A stretch of DNA of 64,000 nt from Perkinsela sp. CCAP 1560/9 (taxonomy: Eukaryota; Protista; Euglenozoa: Kinetoplastea), in NCBI GenBank assembly GCA_965644495.1, contig CBFFSA010000008.1:496001-560000 (forward strand), written 5' to 3'. Position 1 is the stretch's first letter. The number at the start of each line of letters is the position of its first letter. The notes under the pieces were generated by a model. That model saw nothing but the letters and a program-made list of their open reading frames with translations. It was not told the DNA's origin and did no database searches. Below are positions 1 to 11,232 of the stretch, one piece after another. Position numbers and translations under genes: made by a program.

Positions 1-190
1 CGTGTGGAATCCTCTATGGGATTCCTGCATCAAGTTATTCTTTCTTACATCATCAGATTACTGGTCTAGTAATTCCAGTCTGGAAGCTTAGATGCAATTG
101 GGACCAGATTAGATTTCTGGAAGAAACCTACCAGAGCAGGTAGGCATAGTTCCATCTCCACCGCTAGCCATCTCTCCAAACACTGTGACT

Positions 191-1213
191 CTACGTACTC
201 TCTTTCGGGGCTTCTTGATTTGAAGCCTCTAAATATTTAACCCACAACTGAGCCATTTGACAAAGTTTAACAACTGTCAACTTCCACATCGGCAGGGATG
301 GGTCAACCGCTACCTCTTGTGAGATGTATGCCGCGACTTCCGGAGGCATAGCTCGAGTGAGACCTTTGTGCACCGCCTCCTTGTGACGACTACGAATAAC
401 CATTTTTAAAAACTGTGAGAGCGCCGCACCGTCCACAGGCACCAAAGGAACGCGTCGAGGACGGAACGCAACAATGGCTGCAGGAGCTTGTGATGAGGGA
501 TAAAATGTTTCCTCCACGAGCGTTTTCTCAACCCGGGGTGCGAAATAATTCTGACACATGACGGAGAAATATCCAAACGAGTTTGTATCCGATGCAGCAC
601 ATATTCTCTCGGCCACAGGTTGTTGGAAAAGGGCACGAAATGGCACGGCACCAAGTGAAAAAAGTCCCGTCCGCCGACTCGCTCCCACACAATATCTAAA
701 AAGCAGTTTGTCTACAGTGTCAAACGGAACGTTGACGAACAAGGAGACCTCTGGATCGGCATCCCACGGTGAAGACCAATTCCGCTCTGGGAAGGTTTCG
801 GCAATTAGAGCGGCTTCGTCGCAATTCAAAATGTCTGCATTAATCCACCGGAATCGATGCCCCGTTGTCCGCTGAATTCCTTCCAAATAGGTGTTATATT
901 TTGTGTCCCCCTCAATACCCAATATTCCTTGACATGGTCGAGTGAGCAGACTTCGGGTCAAAGTGCCGGGACCGGATCCCACCTCCACAATAAGTTTCTT
1001 CTCCTGTGGGTGAATTGCCTGAACTAAAGTATGAGTTAGCTTGAGATTCATCATGAAGCGATTTCCTTTGTGTAGCTGGGGAAGCTCGTGTGATTTATGC
1101 ACTTTATACATGTATCGCACGTCCCCACCGCGCATGCGAGGGCCACCCGGACAACGGAGCGTGTCCACCCATTGTCGTCCTTTTTTCGTGAGGGGGACGC
1201 GCCGAACGTCCAT
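191..1213 (-). CDS. KsgA/Dim1-family rRNA adenine dimethyltransferase, probably mitochondrial (TFB1M-like)
   Basis: SAM-binding IVEVGSGPGTLTRSLL, VNVPF (NLPY-type), FQQPVAERICA and FYP motifs of the KsgA family; basic N-terminus. Confidence 0.8.
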   Translation of the reverse strand: MDVRRVPLTKKGRQWVDTLRCPGGPRMRGGDVRYMYKVHKSHELPQLHKGNRFMMNLKLTHTLVQAIHPQEKKLIVEVGSGPGTLTRSLLTRPCQGILGIEGDTKYNTYLEGIQRTTGHRFRWINADILNCDEAALIAETFPERNWSSPWDADPEVSLFVNVPFDTVDKLLFRYCVGASRRTGLFSLGAVPFRALFQQPVAERICAASDTNSFGYFSVMCQNYFAPRVEKTLVEETFYPSSQAPAAIVAFRPRRVPLVPVDGAALSQFLKMVIRSRHKEAVHKGLTRAMPPEVAAYISQEVAVDPSLPMWKLTVVKLCQMAQLWVKYLEASNQEAPKEST

Positions 1214-1453
1214 GAATTACATAAACTTTTATCTGAATATCAATTTGCCTTGTGGATTTGGTTCTGTCTTTATGTCACCGGTTTTCGGTAGTACGAAAAG
1301 TGTTGCGAGCAATACATCTTCAAAAAAATCATTTTAGGGAAATAAGATACATGATTATGACTACATGCAAAATCTTAGTAAAGTTATAAGAATGATTACG
1401 CGCATGTATCATTGATGCAATAATTCGTGCCAGACGCCTTTAGGAGTTATTGT

Positions 1454-2752
1454 TTAAATGGCGCAACCCCACAGACGAAGCACACAATCATCACATCCGG
1501 TCATGAGAGATTGCTGTGTTGGTGAAGCCTCAAGACTACGGGCAGTACCTGGGTGAATGAGGCGGCACAATTGCTGCTCAGAATGAACGTCATATCCTAT
1601 TACTACGCAGTCCTCGGCGTCTGCATTTGTCACAATGACGTTCTCGCGGAAAAGGAACCGTGCGGTCGGTCGTTGAAGTGCATTCAGTTGCTGGGGCGTG
1701 CCATAGGTTCTTACCGCTGTGCAGAATTTTCGCAAATCCCACAAAATACAACGGTTGTCACGCCCGGCACTTAGCAAATAGTTGCCTGTACGTGAAAATC
1801 GAACACTGGTGACATCCACTCCGGAGTGCGCCTGTGTGTTGTTGTGCGTAAGCTCCGCACTCGCACCGTCCCACACTTTCAAAGTGCCATCTGCACTACC
1901 AGTTGCGAAGAGATCCCCATCCGGGTGCAGCGCAAGATCCCAAACCGTGTGTTGATGCGCGTCGGATTCGGAGACGGCACTGGTCAACGTGGCGCTGGTC
2001 TCTAAGTCGTGAATACGAACTACGGGATGGTCTGTCCCATAGAACAGATATCTTCCATCGGGGTGAGCTGCTAAACATCGCACCGGGAAGTTGTCTTTAA
2101 TCACGGACACAGCCTTGCGAGATTGCGGTCGCGTATAATCAAAAATGTGGATGAGACCATCCCTGCCACCAGAGAGAAGCACCGGTTGTGTGGGGTGGAA
2201 CTGGAGAGCCAGGACGGGCTGTAAATGGTCTGTGAAAACGCGGCACAGAGTCTTAATTTCTTGTCCTTGTATAGTAGGGTACAAAGCGCGAGAGTGTATA
2301 GCATCCACGTCGTGGACATGAATTGTACCATCTATGTAACCACTGGCACAGTATTCGCCTTCGGGTGAATAGCATACCGAACATGCCGTACTCTTATGTG
2401 TCGCTGTGAATTGTTCACAAAATCGTGTCGAACGCTCGTCGGTAACATACTTAGGAATGAAAGGCACGAAGTCTTCTACCGTGTCGTGAGCTTTTGTTTT
2501 TGAACCCCATCCTAGCCGATTCGTGGTTTCTTCGGATATAGCACACTCAGCAACATACTTCGCATGCCCCAGAGCGTCCCCCAATTTTCCAAGAGAAACG
2601 AGTTCGGATAATTTGTTTTCGTTAGAGTCAAGCGGTGAAGAAGTGCACATCGTACTGCGGCAAACTGCACGTGCCGCGTCGTAAAAGCCATCGGCATGCA
2701 ATTGGGCAGCCATGAGCTGATAAAGCTCTTCATGACTTGTACCATTCGTCAT
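1454..2752 (-). CDS. CSTF1: Cleavage stimulation factor 50 kDa subunit (WD40)
   Basis: N-terminal EELYQLMAAQLHADGFYDAA resembles the CstF-50 dimerisation domain; multiple WD repeats (FHPT...SGGRDG, TGSADGTLKVWD, AHSGVDVTSVRFSRTGNYLLSAGRD). Confidence 0.8.
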   Translation of the reverse strand: MTNGTSHEELYQLMAAQLHADGFYDAARAVCRSTMCTSSPLDSNENKLSELVSLGKLGDALGHAKYVAECAISEETTNRLGWGSKTKAHDTVEDFVPFIPKYVTDERSTRFCEQFTATHKSTACSVCYSPEGEYCASGYIDGTIHVHDVDAIHSRALYPTIQGQEIKTLCRVFTDHLQPVLALQFHPTQPVLLSGGRDGLIHIFDYTRPQSRKAVSVIKDNFPVRCLAAHPDGRYLFYGTDHPVVRIHDLETSATLTSAVSESDAHQHTVWDLALHPDGDLFATGSADGTLKVWDGASAELTHNNTQAHSGVDVTSVRFSRTGNYLLSAGRDNRCILWDLRKFCTAVRTYGTPQQLNALQRPTARFLFRENVIVTNADAEDCVVIGYDVHSEQQLCRLIHPGTARSLEASPTQQSLMTGCDDCVLRLWGCAI

Positions 2753-2800
2753 TCTGAGTCAAACCGTGACAAATTAGAACGGAAAAAAAACAAAAAAATC
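2753..2800 (-). promoter_or_regulatory. Putative trans-splice acceptor (polypyrimidine tract plus AG) for CstF-50
   Basis: Minus strand reads GATTTTTTTGTTTTTTTTCCGTTCTAATTTGTCACGGTTTGACTCAG-A-ATG. Confidence 0.45.
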
Positions 2801-3086
2801 TTGAAATACACATTTCATATATCCCCCCTGCCCCACGTAAAATACGTACTAGTCTAGTATGGCTCTGTTAATCACTGCAGATCATGCCTTATAAACTGTT
2901 AGTTCCGAAATTGATAATGCTATATCCAAAAGAATAGTAACGCTTTAAATAGTACACACACATAATAAAATGTAATGGTTTAAATAACAGTTTGTATACG
3001 AGAACCATGACTCACGCTATAACTGCGGATCTTGTTGCTTCTGCGATTATTATACCTCCGATCAATGAACCCGAGTATCAAACTTG

Positions 3087-4178
3087 CTAGTCACTCGCGT
3101 GTGGCATATCCTGTTCATCAATAGAAGGTACGCTGTCATGATCGGAGAAAGATTCAGTGATACAATCTGTCATCTTCAAGTCCTCGCGTATCGCTCCAGC
3201 CTCGAGAGCAATTGCAGCATGAATGCAGTTGTTTTCCACTAGTGGTAGGTTTTCTATGGGCTTTTCATTTTGTTCATCGGATGTATCCGAAGGTTCTGCT
3301 AACCTTCGACCCGGATCAAGCTGCAGATAGTGAAACACATCAGTGTCATAGGCTGCGCACTTCGATCCGTCTAGAGATCTCGTTGAAAGTAGACTTTCAT
3401 GCTTTAACATAGACGTACAATTGGCGTTTGCTTCGAATCGTTCCACTTTTTCAGGCAAGTCGCTTTCGTAAAGAGAAGGGCGAATCGGTTGGTTAACCAA
3501 GGTAATCAGAGCTAAACTGGTTTGCATTACTGTACGTTGCTCTGCATTAGTGCAAGAAGCAATGCTACACTTCAGGCGTCGGAGAATATGTGACATGAAA
3601 GAAGGAGCTTGTGGTCGCGAGCAAGCTATAATAGCCTGTACCCAAAGGTTTGCCTGAAAATCATAAGGTTGATGAAGAAAAAGTTGTAGGATGCAACCTT
3701 CTAGATCCGTCCTCAAAGAAATATCGAGGAATGGCATTGTACTGACATATAGGGCTCGAGAAATACGCAGTGCTAAATTAAAAGTATCTTTATCGTTCTC
3801 TGGAGACCATGGGGGCATGTCTCTATCTTTCATGGCTACGAGAAGTCGTGACGCTGACCGTACCCCAAACAGCACACCAACGGACTCAGTACACAACATT
3901 AGCAATTGTAACACCTCTCCTGGTTCACGAGATGTGCGCCTCCAAGCGACGCACAATGCATCCAAGATAGCTTCAGAAAAAGGGAGGTAAAAAGCAAGTA
4001 AAGAAGTGGCTCTTCTAGAATCCTGCGCGGTTTGAGTTGTTTGACGAGAGTCTAGTGAATTTAACAACCGTTTCATGGAACCAAGTCGGAGATTTTCTTT
4101 TCTTGACACCAAACTGGAGCACATTTTGGTTATCACTGTTTCCACCCCAACAGTAAAATTTTCTGCCTTGTTTTCCAT
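3087..4178 (-). CDS. Hypothetical helical protein with acidic tail (weak resemblance to Rix1/PELP1)
   Basis: 363-aa ORF on the array strand; LITLVNQPIRPSL loosely resembles the HPRxP segment of Rix1/PELP1. Confidence 0.6.
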   Translation of the reverse strand: MENKAENFTVGVETVITKMCSSLVSRKENLRLGSMKRLLNSLDSRQTTQTAQDSRRATSLLAFYLPFSEAILDALCVAWRRTSREPGEVLQLLMLCTESVGVLFGVRSASRLLVAMKDRDMPPWSPENDKDTFNLALRISRALYVSTMPFLDISLRTDLEGCILQLFLHQPYDFQANLWVQAIIACSRPQAPSFMSHILRRLKCSIASCTNAEQRTVMQTSLALITLVNQPIRPSLYESDLPEKVERFEANANCTSMLKHESLLSTRSLDGSKCAAYDTDVFHYLQLDPGRRLAEPSDTSDEQNEKPIENLPLVENNCIHAAIALEAGAIREDLKMTDCITESFSDHDSVPSIDEQDMPHASD

Positions 4179-4434
4179 CGCTTTCGGAGTTCCCTTAGTT
4201 CCGTACCGAAAGATGCACTCTTCTATATTGTATAGTAGTTGTTATGTTGATATTTGAAAAGCAAAATGTATAATGCATGTGTTTTAATGTCGCGTTGCTC
4301 CGTATGCTTAATCTATTTTTCCTCTCAATTAATGTTCAAGGGAAAAAATTACAAATAAGCTATCAGAACGAGATCCGACTTGCTCAAGAAAGACCACTGT
4401 TACTCGTTTCATCTATGAAGTAAAACAGTGTGTT

Positions 4435-5772
4435 TTAATCGTCCGTCAAGTCATCAAAAGAGTCGGGAACAATATCAGATACTTCACTTGAATGGCTATG
4501 ATCATCGAGAACCAAGCCGACTTGTTCTTCGTCGGAGGTCGAGATCGTTCCAGAAACGTTAATAAAAAATCGTCGAGGGCGAGGTATATGTTCGTGCAAT
4601 GGATTCCTCTGCCACATAATTGGTTTCGAAAATAGATATCGGCTTTCGCTGAGGCCCTCTTTTCTTTTCACATCGCTTTCGCAAACTTGAGTTCTTACGC
4701 AAGTTACCGGTCGCCAGCTTGACCAATTATTGTTGAAGAATTGTACCGTTCCAACATCGGGATCTTCAAATACCACTGTGTGAGTGCCGTCAGAAAGTCG
4801 GACCTCGTCTCTACCAAAATTGAAAGCAATCTGAATTTCTTTAGCAACTGCTGACGAATATGCAGTCCATGCACGTGAATCGTCATCACGCAATCGCAAG
4901 TGTGACTTCCAAAACCACTGTTCAGAAGCATTCGAGTTTTCTTCCGTACAACAGCTCGATAATTGTTCAAGGTTTACGCTCTGATGTACGGATCTGTCCA
5001 GCTCGCTCGATGATGCGCTGCTCAAACATACGGTGTCCCTTGCTACATTGGGGGGATGCAACCCTGTGTTGCTTTGCTGTGATGACTCTTGCTTATGAAT
5101 TTTAATGTCATCTGATACAGACTCCAATTCGATTCGATCATTCGAAGGTTCAGCAAGCGGGTAATGAATTTCACCCCTCACAGTGGCTATTTCCGTGCTA
5201 CGGACAACAAAGAGCGGTAATGAAGAAAGTTCTCCCTTTCCGTACTCATTTTCTTGCGTCGGTGATTCGTGTCTGGGGTGAACAACAGCAATCACATCTC
5301 CTTCTGAAAGGTAGCTCACGTTCGTTATTTCTTGGAAACTGCGCTTCCTCAATTCAACGCCATTAACAAACGTTTTATTCTGTCCAAAGTGTTCAATAGC
5401 CAGTCTGGGAGACACATCGGATGTATCATTAAAGTCGTTCTTCTGACAGTATCCAACAGTGAAATGATGCCGCGAAACCAGTGTAGACAATATTCTTTGG
5501 CCCGGCGGAATCAACTCATCTCGACCAAATCGCCACGTGGGATGCAAATGTCTCACGCACAAAGAAGAACTAATGGATTGATTACATTCTTTGGGTGGTG
5601 TGGCCGAACTGTCCAACACATATCTGGTCTCAGGAGTCATAGAAGAGCTGACGTGAGGCGAGGCTACTTCATTCATATTCTCTGTATCGTACAGCAGCGG
5701 AATAGAAATGCCAGAATGGTTATCTCCGCTATGCAATTCATTGCATCTGTCAATGCGCTCAAGGTACCACAT
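4435..5772 (-). CDS. FHA-domain plus WWE-domain protein
   Basis: FHA motifs RFGRD, VSRHH, GQNKTFVNG; WWE-like WFWKSH...AWTAYSSAVAKEIQIAF. Confidence 0.7.
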   Translation of the reverse strand: MWYLERIDRCNELHSGDNHSGISIPLLYDTENMNEVASPHVSSSMTPETRYVLDSSATPPKECNQSISSSLCVRHLHPTWRFGRDELIPPGQRILSTLVSRHHFTVGYCQKNDFNDTSDVSPRLAIEHFGQNKTFVNGVELRKRSFQEITNVSYLSEGDVIAVVHPRHESPTQENEYGKGELSSLPLFVVRSTEIATVRGEIHYPLAEPSNDRIELESVSDDIKIHKQESSQQSNTGLHPPNVARDTVCLSSASSSELDRSVHQSVNLEQLSSCCTEENSNASEQWFWKSHLRLRDDDSRAWTAYSSAVAKEIQIAFNFGRDEVRLSDGTHTVVFEDPDVGTVQFFNNNWSSWRPVTCVRTQVCESDVKRKEGLSESRYLFSKPIMWQRNPLHEHIPRPRRFFINVSGTISTSDEEQVGLVLDDHSHSSEVSDIVPDSFDDLTDD

Positions 5773-6030
5773 TTTCTGGTGACCTATGACCTACTTAGAT
5801 GCTGCAACCAGAATTCATGTGATGTAGTATGTATACTGTAGCTGCACACTATTCATGACTCTGTAATGGTTGTACATTAGTTATACAGTTTATGTATACA
5901 ATACTATGACACTGAGATATCTATATTCAAGATGAAAGGGAATATCATGTTAGCTACCAAACTCCTACAAACTTTCCCAAAAGTATGAAGATCATGATCT
6001 TACAACAAAAACTTCAGTGCGGTTAAATTA

Positions 6031-6123
6031 CTGTCCCCACTATTTAGTGTTGAGTGAAATTCGGCTAAATTCAACACTAAGTTATTAGGGGGTTGAGCAC
6101 TCAATAGTAAATTGGGGGGACAG
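6031..6123. mobile_element. 93-bp Tc1/mariner-type MITE
   Basis: TA on both sides; 26-bp TIR CTGTCCCCACTATTTAGTGTTGAGTG vs CTGTCCCCCCAATTTACTATTGAGTG (4 mismatches). Confidence 0.75.
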
Positions 6124-6188
6124 TAGTATCCCAAACCCATCGTTATCCGAGCAAAAACTTGAATATGAGTACATACTCAAGATGAGCG

Positions 6189-6995
6189 CTAGTATACTAA
6201 AGGAAACATTTTCCATCGAGGGAGCTGCATCTTCCCGTAATGTGATTCGTACCATTCATACTGTTCCCTGGCTGTCAAACCCAAATTTATCGCGGTAAAA
6301 AGGGCTGGAAAGCAACAAAGTGTCCCTCTTTGTACATTACACAAGGTCAGTATAAAGTAAAAAATAGTTTCGCAGGTGTAATGAGGGAAAATGATGTAAC
6401 GAAAAGTGGGCAATGCGTACGCTGGTGAAGAAGAATCGATTTTACGTAGCAAATATAATTGATGGTGTGCATAAGATTGGGCAGCTTGGCAAGTCATGCA
6501 TAAACTTAAAGCACCCCAACAAACGTTGCTTGCATAAATTATTTCCTCACCAGCGTAAAAGAATGGATTTGAAAGAAAGTATGACAATGGTGTAGCAATA
6601 TAGAAGGAGGCTCCAGCGAATGACTGAACAAGCCCTACGTTTGGAGATCTTGTAGATCGATGCCATATTAATGTCTCAAGCATGCGACGCGCGCAATGGA
6701 AAGCAAGTATGGCTAATGCGGTGGTATTTCTTGGGGAAGCAAAAGTTATTTGTGACCAAGCAAGCGCTGAACATGAAAATAATAAACCGGTGAGGTAAAA
6801 CATCGTAAAACAGAGCGGTCTTGTGATTCGAAATTTTCTCCATCGCGATGTCGCCAGTGATTGTGAGTTGTACAAAAAGGCAGCCTTTCCATAAGAACAC
6901 CATGCACGAAACTGAACAGAGAAATACCTCAATGCAAGGGATGCAACAGCGAGAATCCAATATAAATGCAAGAGGTTGCATACATGCTCTTCCAT
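6189..6995 (-). CDS. Polyprenol reductase (SRD5A3/DFG10; steroid 5-alpha-reductase family)
   Basis: Multi-TM protein with YGK, HCARRMLE, FPHYTCE, NLGLTA and terminal RWKMFPLVY motifs. Confidence 0.85.
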   Translation of the reverse strand: MEEHVCNLLHLYWILAVASLALRYFSVQFRAWCSYGKAAFLYNSQSLATSRWRKFRITRPLCFTMFYLTGLLFSCSALAWSQITFASPRNTTALAILAFHCARRMLETLIWHRSTRSPNVGLVQSFAGASFYIATPLSYFLSNPFFYAGEEIIYASNVCWGALSLCMTCQAAQSYAHHQLYLLRKIDSSSPAYALPTFRYIIFPHYTCETIFYFILTLCNVQRGTLCCFPALFTAINLGLTAREQYEWYESHYGKMQLPRWKMFPLVY

Positions 6996-7379
6996 TTCTT
7001 CAAACGAGTCCTACGAGGGATATCTTGCTCGAGGTTCAACGACCTGGATAGTTACACGTAGAGCCCTCTATGCTCATGCAAAAAAGCGAACGACAGCACT
7101 ACGTTTTTATTTTTCCACGAAACTATAACAATCAATTATCGACTTTTTCTGTACATTATCCAGCACGTCGATAATCTAAGGAAATGGCAAACTAGACAAC
7201 GAAATTTTAAGAACTTGCAAAGTTGGGGCAAGTAGGCACGTATATGTAAAAAGAAATTATCACAACATACAGGGTTAATGTCCAAATAAGGATTCCGACT
7301 TTTTCGATTTAATCTCCTAGCCACAATGCATCAGCATTGTTTTCTTTTTGTTTTTAAACTGGAACAGACATCCACGCAG

Positions 7380-8384
7380 TTACTTCTTTAGTGAAACAAC
7401 AGTGCCTCGTACAGGATCATCGTACACATCAAAAAATTTATCTTGGTGTGCACGAATTACTCGCTCAAACATGTTAAAACTAGGATGAACAAATTCTTGG
7501 TAAGCCGGGCAATGCAATTCCAGTTCTTTCATAATGAACTGCGAGTCACACTCCCCGTGCCGATCAATAACTCCACGAAGGAAGTCGTGCACCTGTGTCT
7601 CCGCAGCATGGCGCGTGTAATCCCTACGACGATCTTCCTCAATCATTATATGTAAGTGTTCTCTTAACGCTAGGCGAAGTTCGTTCGCATGACATGTGTG
7701 CGTTATATTATACCTTTTGATTTCCTCTGCGGAGTATTTAAAGAGATGAAACATCTGTTTATGAGCGCTTAAAAAGCCGTGCCACTTTCCATCGTAGAGT
7801 TTCGGAACAGTTAGGGGGTAGTGATAAGAAATTAGGACCAGAGATTGAACATAAGTCGATGGCAAGCTTCCGTGATACTTCTCATTTTTAAATACCTCGG
7901 CAACTTCCTGGACTAAACATTCTTCGTCGGTCTTTAGCGACCTGGCTACACGACGGGCCTCTATTTCAACCTTTCGGGTATCTTTAGCGATGCGAGTAAT
8001 CTCAAATGTTATGTGTTCAGGATACTTTGCGTGCATGTAGCTAAGTTTGTGAAGTGTGTTCGCCTTCGAAAGGACGCCCAGAGCGTATGCCTCAGAATCT
8101 ATAATGAGACGCGCCTCAAGGATAGGGGATGTTCTGCCATCAGTGGAATAATAATTCCCGTAATCAGCAATAAGAAACACACAGTGCAGAGATAACGGAG
8201 TAGCAAGCTGACCTGAGGCCATATCATAATCGGGCACCTTCAGAAAGAGATCTCTCTCCGCTACTTGAGTCGTGTTCATTGTTTCACCTATGCAGTGCGG
8301 AATTCGAACTTTTAATATCTGCCGCGCAGCATTTACATACAATACGGCATGCGGCGATGTAGGTGACAAAGAGGTTTCGTTCAT
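7380..8384 (-). CDS. Hypothetical protein
   Basis: 334-aa ATG-initiated ORF on the array strand with globular composition. Confidence 0.7.
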   Translation of the reverse strand: MNETSLSPTSPHAVLYVNAARQILKVRIPHCIGETMNTTQVAERDLFLKVPDYDMASGQLATPLSLHCVFLIADYGNYYSTDGRTSPILEARLIIDSEAYALGVLSKANTLHKLSYMHAKYPEHITFEITRIAKDTRKVEIEARRVARSLKTDEECLVQEVAEVFKNEKYHGSLPSTYVQSLVLISYHYPLTVPKLYDGKWHGFLSAHKQMFHLFKYSAEEIKRYNITHTCHANELRLALREHLHIMIEEDRRRDYTRHAAETQVHDFLRGVIDRHGECDSQFIMKELELHCPAYQEFVHPSFNMFERVIRAHQDKFFDVYDDPVRGTVVSLKK

Positions 8385-8539
8385 AAACGAAGATATAACT
8401 TCTAACGAAAATAAAAATAATAAACTTATTGAAGTAACGATGCTTTTGGCTATGAAGTGTTACAATTCTTGCTTTTCACGCTTTTTAGAGGACGAAGGAG
8501 GGTACAGTGTCGCTTTATCAACTCGCTAAAGGGTAAATA

Positions 8540-10101
8540 CAGGGGGGTGCACGAAAAAGACACTTAATCTGAAATTCGTATAACTTGTCCGATTTTGGAA
8601 AATAATAGCGCATTCGAGAGCTCTCGAAATACTGAGTGTCGTAGTGGAGCGCCTTTTTCGTTTTGTTTGGGTTCATAAAAGGTTTTTCCCTTCTCATTAT
8701 TTTTTTTGTGAAAAAACTTGCAGATTTCCTTTTCTCTGAAGAATTCTTCGGTTTTTCCGCGTAAAATGACTTCTCGCGAACCAATATTGGGAGAAGCTCT
8801 TACAGATCTGGACAGGTCAAGCTAACCCATCGTATGCTCCTCGTTGAACACTATTATCGCGTGGGATCGATCCGAGCCACTGCACGCCACTACAGTGTGA
8901 CTAGCTGTACAGTTCGTCGTTGGGTTCAACGTCACGAGGAAACGGATGATGTTTCGAGGACCCCAACTAGTCGCTCCAACCCTGTGATCACCCCTGCCTT
9001 TATGATGGACAGTATCGCGGTAATGGATCACCTAAACGCAACACTTCCCCTACGTTGCCCTTCATGGACCTTCTTGCATAAAGAAGTTTTAAAACAAACG
9101 GGCTCATAGTGCAGCCGAAGAGCCTTTATTAGAGCCCTAAAGGAAGAAGGTATTGTGCAACGAGGTTCCCCAAGAGTACCCAATCTCACTTCTCGGCGCA
9201 AAAGGCTTGAGAAAGGCTTGAGTTCTCCCAGGTGATGTCCTCGTGGACCGATTCGCAATTGCAAAAAATTTTTGGACGGACGAGAAGAAGTTCACATGCG
9301 GACTACGGAACAGAAAGGTCTCTTACATTTGCCGAAGCACCGACCCACCTTTGGAAGGGCTACCAGAAATGCAAAAGTGGCATGGGGGGGAAGGTATCAT
9401 GATATGGATGGGAGTTAGTCTAGAATATGGAATATTCTTTTTTTAGTTCCCTGACAAGGATGAAAATGGAAACAAACAAACTGTTAACTCGCAAAATTTT
9501 ATGACAGCAATGACAAGAAACAAAGGATTTTTCAACGTTCTAAAACGCCATCAAGGAGCAAGTGTTGTCATGGATGGCAGCCCTGTGCATAACAGAGCTA
9601 AATCTCTATTTAGAAATGAAGGTGTGAAAGTTCTTCCTTGGCCCTCCAGCTCCCCCGATTTGAATGTTATTGGAAATATTTTTTCGAATCAGGTCAGGGC
9701 TAGTTGACCAGAAGAACAGAACCCCCACAACCGTCAAGAACTTCGCCAGGCAATCAATGATTCGACCTTTATTTACAGAGTGATGGGAGACAAGTATACG
9801 AAAATACATTAAAAAGCGCCCCGAAGCATTTCATTGCATGTATTGAAAACGATGGGGGGCATTGTGGGTACTATGTAATAAATATAACAACTGCACATAA
9901 TTTGTCTGGAAATCTTCACTTGCAGATTTTCGAAAAGTGCAGTTTTTTGACCGTTCCTACTTCTGAGTAATGAAAGATTGCAAAAAAAGCGCTCCACTAC
10001 GACACTCAATATTTCGAGAGCTCTCGAATGCGCTATTATTTTCCAAAATTGGACAAGTTATACGAATTTTAGACTATGTGTCTTTTTCGTGCACCCCCCT
10101 G
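8540..10101 (+). mobile_element. Decayed full-length Tc1-like DNA transposon (1562 bp)
   Basis: TA flanks; ~120-bp TIRs starting CAGGGGGGTGCACGAAAAAGACAC; transposase fragments 8834-9109 (HTH), 9243-9446 (FWTDEKKF), 9501-9707 (MDGSPVH, WPSSSPDLN) broken by stops and a frameshift. Confidence 0.92.
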
Positions 10102-10124
10102 TATATTAAATGTTAAATTATTTA

Positions 10125-10733
10125 TTAAAACAGGAATGACTCGCCACATCCACACTGACCTTTAATGTTGGGATTCCTAAACACAAATCTTTCTTCTGTT
10201 GGTGATGAAACGTAATCTAATGTAGTTCCAATTACGTAAAAGAGTGCAGACTTATCTATAGTAAGCTTAAAATCCGGAGTACTTATTGTATCTTCATCTA
10301 AGTTTTTCTCGATAGGTGCCGTCGCATATTCCATGACGTAGGAATAACCGCTACAACCGCGTCGTTTTACACTTAGCCGAATGCTGTTATGTGGCTCAGG
10401 AACACGACTTTGTAGCACACGTAGTTGGCGCTTTGCTGTATCTGTGATATCAATGACCTTTTTATTTTTATTTTCTCGCATTCTCCTTTGCAAGGCACTT
10501 TCATTTTGATGATCTACAGCGATTGAAGAGATTACGCTTGGTACAGAGCGGTTAGAAAATGTTGTAAATAACGAAGGTCTATTTTTCGGAACAGTCGAAG
10601 GGATGCGTCTTTGTTTGTAATCTACGCTCCTAATTTCAGTAGAAGAACGGAGTAAGAGGCAGTTACAAAACCACCTTGCTGTCCACCACATGTCAGTTCG
10701 AACTGTTCTTTTCGTAGCACGTAGTGAATGCAT
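10125..10733 (-). CDS. ISA1: Mitochondrial Fe-S cluster assembly protein IscA/Isa1
   Basis: RRGCSGYSY and NPNIKGQCGCGESF motifs; presequence-like N-terminus; first ATG at 10733. Confidence 0.92.
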   Translation of the reverse strand: MHSLRATKRTVRTDMWWTARWFCNCLLLRSSTEIRSVDYKQRRIPSTVPKNRPSLFTTFSNRSVPSVISSIAVDHQNESALQRRMRENKNKKVIDITDTAKRQLRVLQSRVPEPHNSIRLSVKRRGCSGYSYVMEYATAPIEKNLDEDTISTPDFKLTIDKSALFYVIGTTLDYVSSPTEERFVFRNPNIKGQCGCGESFLF

Positions 10734-11001
10734 TTTAAGCAAAGAAGAAGTTGGTTACAAATTTCTAAAAGAAAATTCATAGAAAACATCACTCTGTAAA
10801 AAGGTTTAATTATTTGGCAGTTCTCATTTTCAAAAATCAAGAGAAGCTTTTGGTCCTTGATAAGGAGTTTATACAGCGAAGCGCTTTCGCGACACTTTCT
10901 TCCCATCTATTTTCCTTTGACAAAGTAGAAAGGTGAGTTTCACTGGACGACGATGCTCCAAACAAATTCCCTAAAACAATAAAAATTGTACTCAATGCGA
11001 G

Positions 11002-11232
11002 CTAGAACAGGCGCCAGAATAAGGATGTCAGTGCCAGCAAGACGTACATACGGGCGGCGGAGAAGCAACTCTGCGCTTTCGTCTCAAGGTCCCAAATTTC
11101 TTCTCTGGAGTTAGAGTACATGACGAATGTGGGATGTCTGCATTGGAGAAGCATTCCAAACATGAAGAGCAGCAGGAACGCGGTACAAAAGTAGGCAGTA
11201 ATTATGTTCAAAAGTATCGGGGGTCGCTTCAT
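11002..11232 (-). CDS. Small two-TM protein, RNASEK / V-ATPase subunit f-like
   Basis: Two hydrophobic helices; AQSCFSAARMY matches the AxNCFxAAxxY pattern of this family. Confidence 0.6.
   Translation of the reverse strand: MKRPPILLNIITAYFCTAFLLLFMFGMLLQCRHPTFVMYSNSREEIWDLETKAQSCFSAARMYVLLALTSLFWRLF

Noticed and set aside
9107-9446. In-frame TAG codons in the Tc1 transposase as a sign of stop-codon reassignment
   Set aside because: The element also has a frameshift, and host genes are open and terminate normally under the standard code
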